DNA from: Flavobacteriales bacterium | GTDB lineage: Bacteria > Bacteroidota > Bacteroidia > Palsa-965 | Length of the DNA: 64,000 nucleotides | Reading direction: 5' to 3' | NCBI GenBank assembly: GCA_040377305.1 | Contig: JBEIPA010000004.1 | Location: 1-64,000 of the forward strand | Shown here: positions 17,374 to 27,753 of the stretch, in pieces | Layout: each line of letters begins with the position of its first letter | How positions within the stretch are numbered: the first letter of the stretch is position 1 | Made by a program: the position numbers and the translations under genes | The notes under the pieces: generated by a model | The model's input: the letters and a program-made list of their open reading frames with translations, nothing else | Told to the model about the DNA's origin: nothing | The model's database searches: none

Positions 17374-20300
17374 ATGAAACGCGTCACTCTCGCATTACTT
17401 TTCTTCTGTCTTTGTTCACTTGGCAAAGCCCAAATCTCCGACAACTTCGGAGATGGTGATTTCACCGCAAATCCTTCGTGGAGCGGAGACAATGCAGAGT
17501 TCGTTGTCAATGCAGGATTTCAGCTGCAATTAAATTCTGTTGCCGCAGATACTTCATCGCTTGCTTTTGCGTCGCCGTTTGCAACCAATTGCGAATGGCA
17601 GTTCTGGAGCCGAATGAATTTTTCGCCTTCTGATAACAACAACATTCGTTACTACCTGACTTCCGATGTGGTAAATCTCGAAGGCCCGGTGAATGGATAC
17701 TACATCCGCATGGGCGAAAACGGGTCGCTCGATGGTGTTGATCTGTGGGAACAAAACGGAACCGTACATACAAAGATCATTGACGGATTACCAGCACGCG
17801 TGGCATTGTCCAACAATATCGTTCGGGTGAAAGTTACGCGAAGTGTTGCAGGGTTATGGACCGTCTTCTCCGACACAACCGGCGGAACAACCTGGGTGAC
17901 GGAAGGAAGTGTAACGAATAACACATTCACCACTTCCAATTATTCCGGACTCTTCTGTAAGTATACTGTTTCAAACATTAACGATTTTTTCCTCGACGAT
18001 GTTTATATCGGTCCACCGACTATAGACAACACACCACCTGCAATTACTTCTGTAACTGTGCTCTCTGCAACGCAGCTGGATGTTCTTTTCAACGAACCGG
18101 TTGAGTTGACGACAGCAGAAGCAGAAAGCAATTATTCCGTCGACAACTTCATTGGGAATCCATCACTCGCTACACGAGATGGTAGCAATCCTGCATTGGT
18201 GCACCTCACATTCGTTACCGGCTTTATACAGGCGACCAACTATACCCTGAGTGTAATCAACGTACAGGACATTGCCGCCAACGCAATTACTTTGGAGACG
18301 GCGACGTTTCAATATTTTCCCGTCGCCGCGCCAATTTATCGCGACGTAGTGATCAACGAAATCATGGCCGATCCTTCACCGATTGTTGGATTACCGGGTG
18401 TAGAATTTATCGAGTTGTACAATCGCTCTGCAAGCAACTTCGATATTTCCGGTTGGGAATTCAGCGACGGATCATCAACAGGCGCCATCGGAAATTACGT
18501 TCTGCCTGCAGGTGGATATGTCATTGTTTGCGCCAATGCTGATACGTCACTCTTTACTCCATTCGGAAATCGTGTTGGAATTTCTGCGTTTCCTTCGCTG
18601 AATAATGCAGGCGATAATCTGAAACTGTACGACGCGTCGAGTAATGTTCTTGATTCTGTTAACTACGATCTCGCGTGGTACCAGGATGCAGTGAAAGACG
18701 ATGGAGGCTGGACGCTCGAGCTGATCAATCCGAACGCCACAAATTTGTGTGCTTCTTCCGGAAACTGGATTGCATCTAACAACGCTTCGGGTGGAACTCC
18801 GGGAACTCAGAACAGTGTGTTCAATAATTCTCCGGATACAATCGGACCAAGCGTTCTTTACGCATTCTTTATGGACAGCACGCATTTGCAGATTTGTTTC
18901 AGCGAAGCGATCGACCCTGCTCAATTAGGAAATCCTGCCACATATCTGTTGGGGTCGTGGGGTGCACCTTCTGCAGTTACAATCGACTCCGCAACGCTTA
19001 TGTGCGCAACGCTATTGTATACGAACATTCCCCCTAACACTGCATTTCAGACGCAACTTCAATTCAGCTCACTAGCTGACTGCGCCGGAAATAGTGTTAC
19101 TAATGTAAATGCACCGGTACATTACTTTTTTGCTTATGCCAACGAAGTTGTAATTAATGAAGTAATGGCGGATCCAGATCCCCCGCTCCTATTGCCAAAT
19201 GAGGAGTATATCGAAATACACAATACCGTAAATGTTGCGTTTCCTGTTAATGGCTGGACGATCACTGTAGGTACCACCACACGGGCTATTCCGTTCTGCA
19301 TTATTCCAGCAGATAGTTTTATCGTTCTTACATCAACAACAGCTGCATCTTCGTTCGCTGGGGTAAATGTAATCGGGGTACCAAGCTTTCCATCTCTGAC
19401 CAACACAGCAGGAACAATTACCCTTCGCGATAATTACACTAATGTGATACACACCATCAGCTACACCGACGATTGGTACCAGAACACGGCAAAAGCAGAT
19501 GGTGGCTGGTCGCTCGAGCAGATTGATCCGAATAATCCTTGCGCGGGATCTTCAAACTGGATTGCCTCAAATGCAAATGCGGGAGGAACTCCGGGTTTAA
19601 CGAACAGTGTGAACGCAACGAATACCGATGTAACATTCCCGGAAATTATTCGCGTGTCGGTTTATACTGCCGACAGTATTCGCGTGTGGTTCTCAGAGCC
19701 CATGGATAGTTCAACGATTGCTAATGCGGCTCTGTACACAATCGATAACGCTATTGGAAATCCAATTGCAGTTTATCCGGTTGGTCCCGATTTCAAGAGC
19801 GCGGAGTTGAAACTTGGTGCGCCAATCGTTGCCGGTTTAATTTATCACATCTCGGCAGCGACGGCATTAAGTGATTGTGTTGGAAACGTGTTGTTTGTTT
19901 CCTCCGTTCCTTTTGCCTTGCCGGAAGCTGTTGGCGCGGGCGATATTGTGATCAACGAAATCTTGTTCGATCCGCTCGACGGTGGTTCTGACTTTGTTGA
20001 GATCTACAATCGTTCGAATAAAGTAATCGATCTCGCACAAGTTGTGATTTGTTCGAAGGACACAATCGCAAATGTGATCACTGACATTTTTGTAATTGCG
20101 CCCGAAGGTTTCTTGTTATTCCCTGGCGAATATCTGGTGCTCAGTGAAAATATTTACGATGTGCAATCGCAATATCCTGCATCAACCGATTTACGTCGCT
20201 GTTTGCAAATGACCAACATGCCTTCGATGAATGTAGACGGTGACATTGTGATGCTTACTGATATTTCATTCAACACGGTCGACATGCTCATCTATCATGG

Positions 20301-20790
20301 CGATTGGCATTTCCCATTGCTGCAGGAAACAAAAGGTGTTACACTCGAGCGAATTGATTTCGAACGCAGCACACAGGAGTCAACCAACTGGCATTCTGCT
20401 TCCGAAGAATCGGGTTACGGAACGCCAACACAAAAGAATTCTCAGTTCAGCGCAGCAGGAACAGCCGACGATGGCGCAGTAACAATCACTACCGAAGTTT
20501 TCTCTCCGGATAACGACGGGTACCAGGACGTTGTAACCATCAACTACCTCTTCTCCACTCCGGGATTTGTTGCAACAGTTACCATCTACGATTCACGTGG
20601 ACGACTCGTGCGTAACCTTGTTCAGAGTGAACTCCTCGGCACAGAAGAAGGTGCATTCTCCTGGGACGGCACCATGGATGATCGCACGAAAGCACGCGTT
20701 GGAACGTATGTCATTTTCTTCGAAGCGTTCGATGCAAATGGAAATGTGAAGCACTACAAGAGAGTTTGTGTGCTTGCGGCGAAATTCTAG
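17374..20790 (+). CDS. Large secreted protein with three lamin-tail domains, Ig-like domains and T9SS type-B C-terminal domain
   Basis: Three VINEIM/EV/EIL..DP..E(F/Y)(I/V)E(L/I) repeats; FSPDNDGYQD..IYDSRGRLVR..WDG. Confidence 0.88.
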   Translation: MKRVTLALLFFCLCSLGKAQISDNFGDGDFTANPSWSGDNAEFVVNAGFQLQLNSVAADTSSLAFASPFATNCEWQFWSRMNFSPSDNNNIRYYLTSDVVNLEGPVNGYYIRMGENGSLDGVDLWEQNGTVHTKIIDGLPARVALSNNIVRVKVTRSVAGLWTVFSDTTGGTTWVTEGSVTNNTFTTSNYSGLFCKYTVSNINDFFLDDVYIGPPTIDNTPPAITSVTVLSATQLDVLFNEPVELTTAEAESNYSVDNFIGNPSLATRDGSNPALVHLTFVTGFIQATNYTLSVINVQDIAANAITLETATFQYFPVAAPIYRDVVINEIMADPSPIVGLPGVEFIELYNRSASNFDISGWEFSDGSSTGAIGNYVLPAGGYVIVCANADTSLFTPFGNRVGISAFPSLNNAGDNLKLYDASSNVLDSVNYDLAWYQDAVKDDGGWTLELINPNATNLCASSGNWIASNNASGGTPGTQNSVFNNSPDTIGPSVLYAFFMDSTHLQICFSEAIDPAQLGNPATYLLGSWGAPSAVTIDSATLMCATLLYTNIPPNTAFQTQLQFSSLADCAGNSVTNVNAPVHYFFAYANEVVINEVMADPDPPLLLPNEEYIEIHNTVNVAFPVNGWTITVGTTTRAIPFCIIPADSFIVLTSTTAASSFAGVNVIGVPSFPSLTNTAGTITLRDNYTNVIHTISYTDDWYQNTAKADGGWSLEQIDPNNPCAGSSNWIASNANAGGTPGLTNSVNATNTDVTFPEIIRVSVYTADSIRVWFSEPMDSSTIANAALYTIDNAIGNPIAVYPVGPDFKSAELKLGAPIVAGLIYHISAATALSDCVGNVLFVSSVPFALPEAVGAGDIVINEILFDPLDGGSDFVEIYNRSNKVIDLAQVVICSKDTIANVITDIFVIAPEGFLLFPGEYLVLSENIYDVQSQYPASTDLRRCLQMTNMPSMNVDGDIVMLTDISFNTVDMLIYHGDWHFPLLQETKGVTLERIDFERSTQESTNWHSASEESGYGTPTQKNSQFSAAGTADDGAVTITTEVFSPDNDGYQDVVTINYLFSTPGFVATVTIYDSRGRLVRNLVQSELLGTEEGAFSWDGTMDDRTKARVGTYVIFFEAFDANGNVKHYKRVCVLAAKF

Positions 20791-20797
20791 CCTCAAC

Positions 20798-20917
20798 AAA
20801 CCTTAAAGGTTTTGTATCAATCTCCGTGAACCTCAGGAATCCTTTGAGGTTTGCTGGATAAACCTTCAAAGTTTTGCCTCAATCCACGTCACGCTACTTT
20901 AAAACTTTGAAGGTTTA
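20798..20917. repeat. Cluster of AAACCTT.AAGGTTT-type palindromic repeats between convergent genes
   Basis: AAACCTTAAAGGTTT, AAACCTTCAAAGTTT, AAACTTTGAAGGTTT. Confidence 0.6.
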
Positions 20918-20918
20918 T

Positions 20919-22379
20919 TTATTGGCTTATGAACTTCCCGCTAGAGACTTCTCCGCTTTCATCTATCACCGAATACAAATAAGTTCCGGCTGCAAATTGG
21001 GAGGAAGACAACACATACGAGGCATCATAAAATTCTCGCCGAAGAACTTCATTTCCCATCACATCGTAAATAACCAATGTTCTGTTTTCACTTGTGCTAA
21101 ACTGAAATGTAATTGATTGATCTGTGAAACATGGGTTAGGGAAAATGGATGGAACTGTTTCAGTTAATACTTCACTAATGGTTGTGGCAATATCGATTTG
21201 CGCTACAAACACATCTCCACTTCCTGCACTAACAAGCGAGTCGGTACCGAAATAAGCGGTGTGATAAAATGTTCCGCACACAAAAATATTTCCTCCGGAA
21301 CTAATTGCAATGTCTTGAACCACTTCATTCCATAACGGACCGCCAGCACTTAAAGTAGAGATTAGTGTTCCCGCGGGATTGAACTCAGCAACGAATGCAT
21401 CATAGTCTCCCCAACCGTTAATCTGTGTACTCTGAATATACATTTCGGGTACATAGCGTCCTGTAACAAGAACATTTCCTTGTGGATTTACGACAACCGC
21501 TTCGCCGATCTGATCCCACCATCCTCCTCCAACCTGCGCCCATTGGAAATTTCCGTTGTTGTCCCACTTCGCAAGAAAGAGTTCGTTGTCCTGAGGAAAT
21601 TGAGAGTAAATCAATGTGTTGTTAATGCTCAGCGTATCGACATACTGCCCCGTCACATACACATTTCCGTTTGCGTCCACTGCAATTCCGTTCCCCTGAT
21701 CTTTGTAATACCATGTCGATGTGTTTACAGCACCGGCGTCGCGCGCCCAGATGCAAGTTCCTGCGGGATCATACTTCGCAACGAAAATGTCATTATATCC
21801 ATCACAGATCAGATTGAACGTTCCAAATGTTGCATTCTGAGAAATCATGCCCGTGATGTAAATATTCCCAAGCGCATCCAAACAGATATCAGTGATATTC
21901 GCTATCGGATAGACCATCCACTGAATACTGCCAGTGGTATCAATTTTAGAAATCCCCACACCAAATACCGAACTCACATAAAGATTGCCTTGTCCATCGG
22001 CGGCAATATCTCCAGTACCACCACCTGTACCGTAGAATGACGGATACTCATTTCCGAAAAGGTCGTATGGACAGATCAGATGCTGCATCGCCGAATCACA
22101 CAGCACGTACAAACGATTGTAAGCCCAACACAAAGCCACCGCATCGAGCTGATTTGAAAGTGAATCTCTCCACATTAATGTCCCGCCCGGATTGTACCTC
22201 GACACCGCGTTTGATGATGCTACATAACAGTTGCCATAAACATCGGTACAGATGGAATTTGCCTGATCAAGCCCCGTGTTGCCTTCACGCTTTATCCAGT
22301 TCCAGTTCTGTGCAAAAAGGGTAGATTCATGTGCGCAAACGATAAATAGGATCGATAATAGTGCCAGGCGATGTTTCAT
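20919..22379 (-). CDS. SBBP-like beta-propeller repeat protein with T9SS type-A C-terminal domain
   Basis: Repeated DxxGNxYxTG / DIFVAKY units; IFPNP..IYDVMGNEV..GTYLY. Confidence 0.85.
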   Translation of the reverse strand: MKHRLALLSILFIVCAHESTLFAQNWNWIKREGNTGLDQANSICTDVYGNCYVASSNAVSRYNPGGTLMWRDSLSNQLDAVALCWAYNRLYVLCDSAMQHLICPYDLFGNEYPSFYGTGGGTGDIAADGQGNLYVSSVFGVGISKIDTTGSIQWMVYPIANITDICLDALGNIYITGMISQNATFGTFNLICDGYNDIFVAKYDPAGTCIWARDAGAVNTSTWYYKDQGNGIAVDANGNVYVTGQYVDTLSINNTLIYSQFPQDNELFLAKWDNNGNFQWAQVGGGWWDQIGEAVVVNPQGNVLVTGRYVPEMYIQSTQINGWGDYDAFVAEFNPAGTLISTLSAGGPLWNEVVQDIAISSGGNIFVCGTFYHTAYFGTDSLVSAGSGDVFVAQIDIATTISEVLTETVPSIFPNPCFTDQSITFQFSTSENRTLVIYDVMGNEVLRREFYDASYVLSSSQFAAGTYLYSVIDESGEVSSGKFISQ

Positions 22380-22647
22380 GCGCCTACATAACGTTGATAC
22401 GGACCTTGTATTGCTTCAATGTGGGACGCCCCTTTACCCAATTAGCGCATTAGCACATTACTCCCGTCTCCGATCTCCCGACTCCCATCTGATTTTACAC
22501 GCCATTCGTCCAAATTGTTAATGAAACTGGTGAAAACCCTCCCAAAATCAGCCGCTTTCCCCTATTTCGGTGGTTATCTTTGGCGGAATTAAAAATATAC
22601 GTGTGGAGACAGAAGTACTTAATTTCATAGAAAACGGGACAATGAAT

Positions 22648-23427
22648 ATGACTTTCACGAACCTGCTTACGTCATTGGAAGGCGGAATCTTTACGGTTAC
22701 GATCAATCGTCCCGATAAACTGAATGCACTGAACCAGCAAACGCTCGCCGAGATTCGCGAAGCATTTTGTTATGTGCTCGATAATGAAGAAATCAAAGGA
22801 GTAATTGTAACCGGTGCCGGCCCGAAATCTTTCGTAGCGGGTGCTGATATTTCTGAGTTTGCAAACCTTAGCTCTGCTGATGGATTGCGTTTCGCTCAGA
22901 ACGGACAAGACATTTTCAAGATGATTGAATTGTGTCCGAAGCCGGTGATTGCTGCAGTAAACGGATTCGCACTTGGTGGCGGATGTGAGCTGGCAATGGC
23001 TTGTCACATGCGTATTGCTTCTGATAATGCAAAGTTTGGTCAGCCGGAAGTGAGTCTCGGTTTGATCCCCGGTTACGGCGGTACGCAGCGTCTGACGATG
23101 CACATTGGTCGTGGTCGTGCTACAGAACTGCTCATGACGGGAGACATTGTAAATGCTGCTGACGCGTATCGTGTTGGTCTTTGCAATTACCTCGTGAAGC
23201 CAGAAGAACTGATTCCGAAATGCACAGAAATTCTGAACCGCATTATCAGCAAAGCTCCAAGCGCTGTTGCTGAGATTGTGAAGTGCGTAGATGCGCATTA
23301 CAAAGAAAGTGTAGACGGTTACGCTTACGAAGTAGAATCTTTCGGACGCTGCTGCGGAACAGAAGATTTCAAAGAAGGGGCAACGGCGTTTATGGAGAAG
23401 AGAAAGCCGACGTTCAAAGGGAAATAA
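22648..23427 (+). CDS. Enoyl-CoA hydratase/crotonase
   Basis: INRPDKLNAL, FVAGADI, PVIAAVNGFALGGGCELAMAC, FGQPEVSLG; start 22642 or 22648. Confidence 0.95.
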   Translation: MTFTNLLTSLEGGIFTVTINRPDKLNALNQQTLAEIREAFCYVLDNEEIKGVIVTGAGPKSFVAGADISEFANLSSADGLRFAQNGQDIFKMIELCPKPVIAAVNGFALGGGCELAMACHMRIASDNAKFGQPEVSLGLIPGYGGTQRLTMHIGRGRATELLMTGDIVNAADAYRVGLCNYLVKPEELIPKCTEILNRIISKAPSAVAEIVKCVDAHYKESVDGYAYEVESFGRCCGTEDFKEGATAFMEKRKPTFKGK

Positions 23428-23614
23428 TTCCGGATTTCGAATTCCGATAGTCATAGCTTAAATGAGAGGTGTAGCATTAGTTACACCTCTACTATTTTCC
23501 GGAATCCGCAATTTCGAAATCACGGAATGTCTCACACATTGCTTTCGTGGTAAGACAAAAAGAAAACAGCCCACATTGCGGTGAACTGTTTCATTTGGAA
23601 TCCGGAATGCGAAA

Positions 23615-24109
23615 TTATTCTTCTTTGTAGAAGGTCTTCTCGTCGTCTTTGTTGTAGAAGAAGCTAAGTTCCATGTTCTTCTTGATGAACGTTTTCAGTT
23701 CTTCAGAAGTTGTGAACTCTTCAGTGATGTTGTCAGTAACAGCTTTGAACTTGATACGGTCCTCGCTCTTCTTTTCTACACGGTACAGGTAGTACATGCG
23801 GTCAGATGAGTAATCCTGCTCGTAAACGTTCAGGAAAGGCGTTCCGCCAACGTCGCTCAACCAGCCAACGTAAACTGTTGGTTCGCTTTCGCTGTCTTCA
23901 ATGCTCTTTTTTTCTACGCGGTACTGGTTACCGTCCATTGTACATTTCCAGGAATAAGAGTCATCTCCTTTTTCTTCCCACTTCCCTACAAAGTCTTTAT
24001 CTGGCTTTGATTTATCTGCTGTGTCGAGTGGAATTTTTGATTCATACGGGCAGCCCATGAACACCAAACTGAGTGCTCCAAACAAGGCTACAAATTTTGC
24101 CGATTTCAT
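23615..24109 (-). CDS. Hypothetical lipoprotein
   Basis: Lipobox FMGC; 164 aa. Confidence 0.75.
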   Translation of the reverse strand: MKSAKFVALFGALSLVFMGCPYESKIPLDTADKSKPDKDFVGKWEEKGDDSYSWKCTMDGNQYRVEKKSIEDSESEPTVYVGWLSDVGGTPFLNVYEQDYSSDRMYYLYRVEKKSEDRIKFKAVTDNITEEFTTSEELKTFIKKNMELSFFYNKDDEKTFYKEE

Positions 24110-24564
24110 AATGCGTTGGTTTAGGTTAATTGTTTACAAATATAACTTTTTGCGCTCCCCTTGTATAGTCGTGACGTCACTTTTTTGACTGTTAATCCGG
24201 GGTTTGCAATCAGCCGGACGGTACAAAACAAAAAGGAAGCCAAACTCAATTCTGAAAGCAAAATAATGATGCTTCTCCAATGAAGAATCCACACTCAAAG
24301 CTAAAACAGTTGGTGAAAGTGGACGTACGTAGAATAGCGTATTTCTACTCGCCAGCAACCACTTTCACGCATAGATTCACGTGATACCCAATACGCTAGG
24401 AGTCGTCTGGTTAATGTCTTGTTAACCCTGCGAAGTGCATAAATAATCCTAAAAGCGCCAATCTCAGGGTCTATTTCTCGGAATTTCGTAGGGTGCCGCA
24501 TTGTGTGCGATTGTCATCCTGAGCGAAACCAAAGGAGACATATAGGAAAACGGCCTAACATTTA

Positions 24565-26070
24565 ATGAGTGGAATCAAGAAACTAGCCGGTCAAACTGCT
24601 GTCTACGGTGTAAGCACCATCGTAGGGCGACTGATCAATTTTGCGCTGGTTCCGCTCTTCTCTTACATTTTCGGAGAACCCGCAGAGCTTGGTTTGAATA
24701 CCGAGTTCTACGCATACATCGCCTTTCTGAATGTGGTTTTTACGTACGGAATGGAAACAGCTTTGTTCAATTTCCTCTCCTCCGAGAATGATAAAAACAT
24801 GGTGTACAGCACAGCACTTCGCGCAATGCTCATCAGTACTATTGCACTCACACTTCCATTCATCATTCTCGCGCAACCATTGGCTGATGCAATGCATTAT
24901 TCAGACCATCCCGAATTTGTAATCTGGGCAATTCTGATTGTTACAACCGACACACTCGCCGCTTTACCTTTCGCGAAACTTCGAGAAGAGAACAAAGCCA
25001 AACGATTCGCTGCAATCAAAATGCTAAACATTCTGATCAATGTTGTAGTCACCGTATTCTTCGTTGGTCTTTGCAAATCCTTTTACGAGAAAGATCTGGT
25101 AAACGGAACTTCGTCTTTCTTCGGTGCCATGTACAATCCGAAAATCGGGATCGGTTATGCATTCATCGCCAATCTGATCGCAAGTGCGGTGTGTTTGCTT
25201 TTGCTCCTGAAAGACTACCGGAAAATCAGTTATGGTTTCGATCCTAAATTGTTCAAACGAATGCTCATTTACGCACTTCCGCTTCTCATTGTAGGACTAG
25301 CCGGAATGATCAACGAAGTCTTCGATAAAATTCTGCTGAAGTACTTGCTGCCGGAAGGTGTAGGTGTTGAACAAGTTGGAATTTACGGCGCGTGTGCGAA
25401 GATCGCTATCCTCATGACCATCTTCTGGCAGGCATTCCGTTATGCGGCCGAACCGTTTTTCTTCTCGAGAAACCGTGAAGAAACTTCGCGCGATATCTAT
25501 GCAACAGTGATGACTTACTTCATTGTCTTTTGTCTCGCTATTTTCCTCGGGACAACAATGAATATCTCCTGGATTCAATACATGATTGGTCCCGAATACC
25601 GCATTGGATTGCCTGTCGTTCCGGTCTTGCTCGTTGCGAATATGTGTCTCGGAATTTACTTCAACCTTTCCATCTGGTTCAAGCTCACAGGCAGAACACA
25701 ATTCGGTATGTGGCTCACCATAATCGGCGCAATCGTCACATTGGCTTTGAACTTCCTGTGGATTCCATCAACCGGATATTTCCAGGGCTACATGGGCTCA
25801 GCGTGGGCAACGCTCATCTGTTACTCGCTCATGATGGTGATGTCGTATTTCATGGGACAGAAGTACTTTCCGGTGCCGTACAACATTCCAAAAGCACTCG
25901 GCTATCTTACGCTAGGCATTGCACTTTTCTTCGCAGGTCATTACACAGACACGGGCAGCTGGGTGGCTGATCTCGTATTCCGCAATCTCATTTTTGTATT
26001 ATTTGTGATAATTGTATTGCTCGTAGAGAAACCATTTAAATTCATCAAGAGTAGGCGAGTTGAAAAGTAG
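24565..26070 (+). CDS. Polysaccharide flippase (Wzx/MOP family)
   Basis: ~14 TM; KKLAGQTAVYG, TYGMETA, AFRYAAEPFFF; lies upstream of dut. Confidence 0.9.
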   Translation: MSGIKKLAGQTAVYGVSTIVGRLINFALVPLFSYIFGEPAELGLNTEFYAYIAFLNVVFTYGMETALFNFLSSENDKNMVYSTALRAMLISTIALTLPFIILAQPLADAMHYSDHPEFVIWAILIVTTDTLAALPFAKLREENKAKRFAAIKMLNILINVVVTVFFVGLCKSFYEKDLVNGTSSFFGAMYNPKIGIGYAFIANLIASAVCLLLLLKDYRKISYGFDPKLFKRMLIYALPLLIVGLAGMINEVFDKILLKYLLPEGVGVEQVGIYGACAKIAILMTIFWQAFRYAAEPFFFSRNREETSRDIYATVMTYFIVFCLAIFLGTTMNISWIQYMIGPEYRIGLPVVPVLLVANMCLGIYFNLSIWFKLTGRTQFGMWLTIIGAIVTLALNFLWIPSTGYFQGYMGSAWATLICYSLMMVMSYFMGQKYFPVPYNIPKALGYLTLGIALFFAGHYTDTGSWVADLVFRNLIFVLFVIIVLLVEKPFKFIKSRRVEK

Positions 26071-26197
26071 TTACGGTGTCAACTGATTGCGCTTTTGCCG
26101 CGCCTCTCTAACTCTCCAAAGGAGAGAACCCGGCAAAAGCACAATCAACTGCCTACTGCCCTACTGCTTACTGCCTACTGTTTAGTAACTTCGTAGA

Positions 26198-26635
26198 ATG
26201 CTCCCAGTGAAAGTCATCAATAAATCAAAACATGCATTGCCGGAATACGCAACTCCGCTTGCTGCAGGCTTAGATTTGCGTGCAAACCTTGATGCGCCGG
26301 TTGTGCTGAAGTCGTTAGAACGTGCCATGATTCCAACAGGATTGTTCATCGAGCTTCCTGCTGGTTATGAAGCGCAAGTTCGTCCGAGAAGTGGTCTCGC
26401 AGCGAAACACGGAATTACTGTTCTCAATAGTCCGGGAACAATTGATGCCGACTACCGCGGAGAAATCAAAGTGATTGCTGTGAATTTATCTCCGAATGAT
26501 TTCACGATTGAAAACGGTGAACGTGTTGCACAACTTGTTGTTGCAAAACATGAACAGGTGAAGTGGGAAGAGGCTGTTGAATTGTCTGACACATCACGTG
26601 GCGCTGGAGGATTTGGAAGTACAGGAACAAAATGA
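26198..26635 (+). CDS. dut: dUTP diphosphatase
   Basis: [36 protein letters not shown]. Confidence 0.98.
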   Translation: MLPVKVINKSKHALPEYATPLAAGLDLRANLDAPVVLKSLERAMIPTGLFIELPAGYEAQVRPRSGLAAKHGITVLNSPGTIDADYRGEIKVIAVNLSPNDFTIENGERVAQLVVAKHEQVKWEEAVELSDTSRGAGGFGSTGTK

Positions 26636-26738
26636 AAACTGAAAAGGTATTAGGGTATTGGGGTATTCGGGAAATTGGGCTAAGCCTAAATCCCGTAATC
26701 CCCCAATCCCTTAATCCCCTAACACTGAAATACGTTTT

Positions 26739-27749
26739 ATGAAAATCATCATTCCAATGGCGGGCATGGGCAAGAGAATGCGCCCTCATACGCTTACGGT
26801 TCCAAAGCCATTGATTCCTGTTGCGGGCAAAGCCATAGTGCAAAAGCTTGCAGAAGACATCACGAAGGTGTGCAATGAGCAGCCTGATGAAATTGCGTTC
26901 ATCATCGGACCAACTTTCGGAAAAGAAGTGGAAGAAATGCTGAAGCAAGTTGCGGCAAACCTTAACGCGAAAGGAAGCATCTTCTACCAGGAAGAAGCAT
27001 TGGGCACAGCACACGCAATTATGTGCGCGAAAGAATGTCTCGACGGAAAAGTGGTAGTCGCGTTCGCAGATACACTCTTCAAGGCCGATTTCAAAATGGA
27101 TATCGAGCAGGAAGGAATTATCTGGGTGCAGAAGATTGACGATCCTCGTGCGTTTGGTGTTGTGAAAGTGAATGACGCAGGACACATTACTGATTTCGTG
27201 GAGAAGCCGCAGGAATTTGTGAGCGATCTCGCTATCATTGGCATTTACTATTTCAAAGACGGAGCAAACCTTCGCAAAGAATTGCAATACCTGCTCGACA
27301 ACGACATTCGCGACAAAGGAGAATTCCAACTCACGAATGCGCTCGAGAACATGAAGATCAAAGGCATCAAATTCGTTCCGGGGAAAGTGACTGAGTGGCT
27401 CGACTGCGGAAACAAAGACGCAACGGTTTACACCAACCAACGTGTACTCGAATTCATGAAAGGTGAAAAATCGTTAAGAGGTGCGAATGTGAAGATTGAA
27501 AACAGCACCGTTATCGAGCCCTGCTATTTTGGCCAAAATGTAGTAGTAACCAATTCGGTGGTGGGTCCGTATGTTTCACTTGGAGATAATACCAAAGTAT
27601 CGAACAGCGTTATTGCAGACAGCATTGTGCAGAAGAACACCGTTATCACAAACAAGGTTATCGCGAAGTCGATGATTGGCAGCTTTGCCGAAGTCTCCGG
27701 GAAACCAGCCGACCTGAGTGTTGGCGATTACAACATCATAAAAGATTAA
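26739..27749 (+). CDS. Sugar-phosphate nucleotidyltransferase
   Basis: IIPMAGMGKRMRPHT..PKPL, QEEALGTAHA, FVEKP, WLDCG; left-handed beta-helix tail. Confidence 0.92.
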   Translation: MKIIIPMAGMGKRMRPHTLTVPKPLIPVAGKAIVQKLAEDITKVCNEQPDEIAFIIGPTFGKEVEEMLKQVAANLNAKGSIFYQEEALGTAHAIMCAKECLDGKVVVAFADTLFKADFKMDIEQEGIIWVQKIDDPRAFGVVKVNDAGHITDFVEKPQEFVSDLAIIGIYYFKDGANLRKELQYLLDNDIRDKGEFQLTNALENMKIKGIKFVPGKVTEWLDCGNKDATVYTNQRVLEFMKGEKSLRGANVKIENSTVIEPCYFGQNVVVTNSVVGPYVSLGDNTKVSNSVIADSIVQKNTVITNKVIAKSMIGSFAEVSGKPADLSVGDYNIIKD

Positions 27750-27753
27750 TTGC

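Noticed and set aside
22672-23454. 260-aa antisense ORF over the enoyl-CoA hydratase
   Set aside because: Fully overlaps a conserved gene; typical shadow frame
26502-27440. 312-aa antisense ORF over dut and the nucleotidyltransferase
   Set aside because: Shadow of conserved genes; no recognisable motifs
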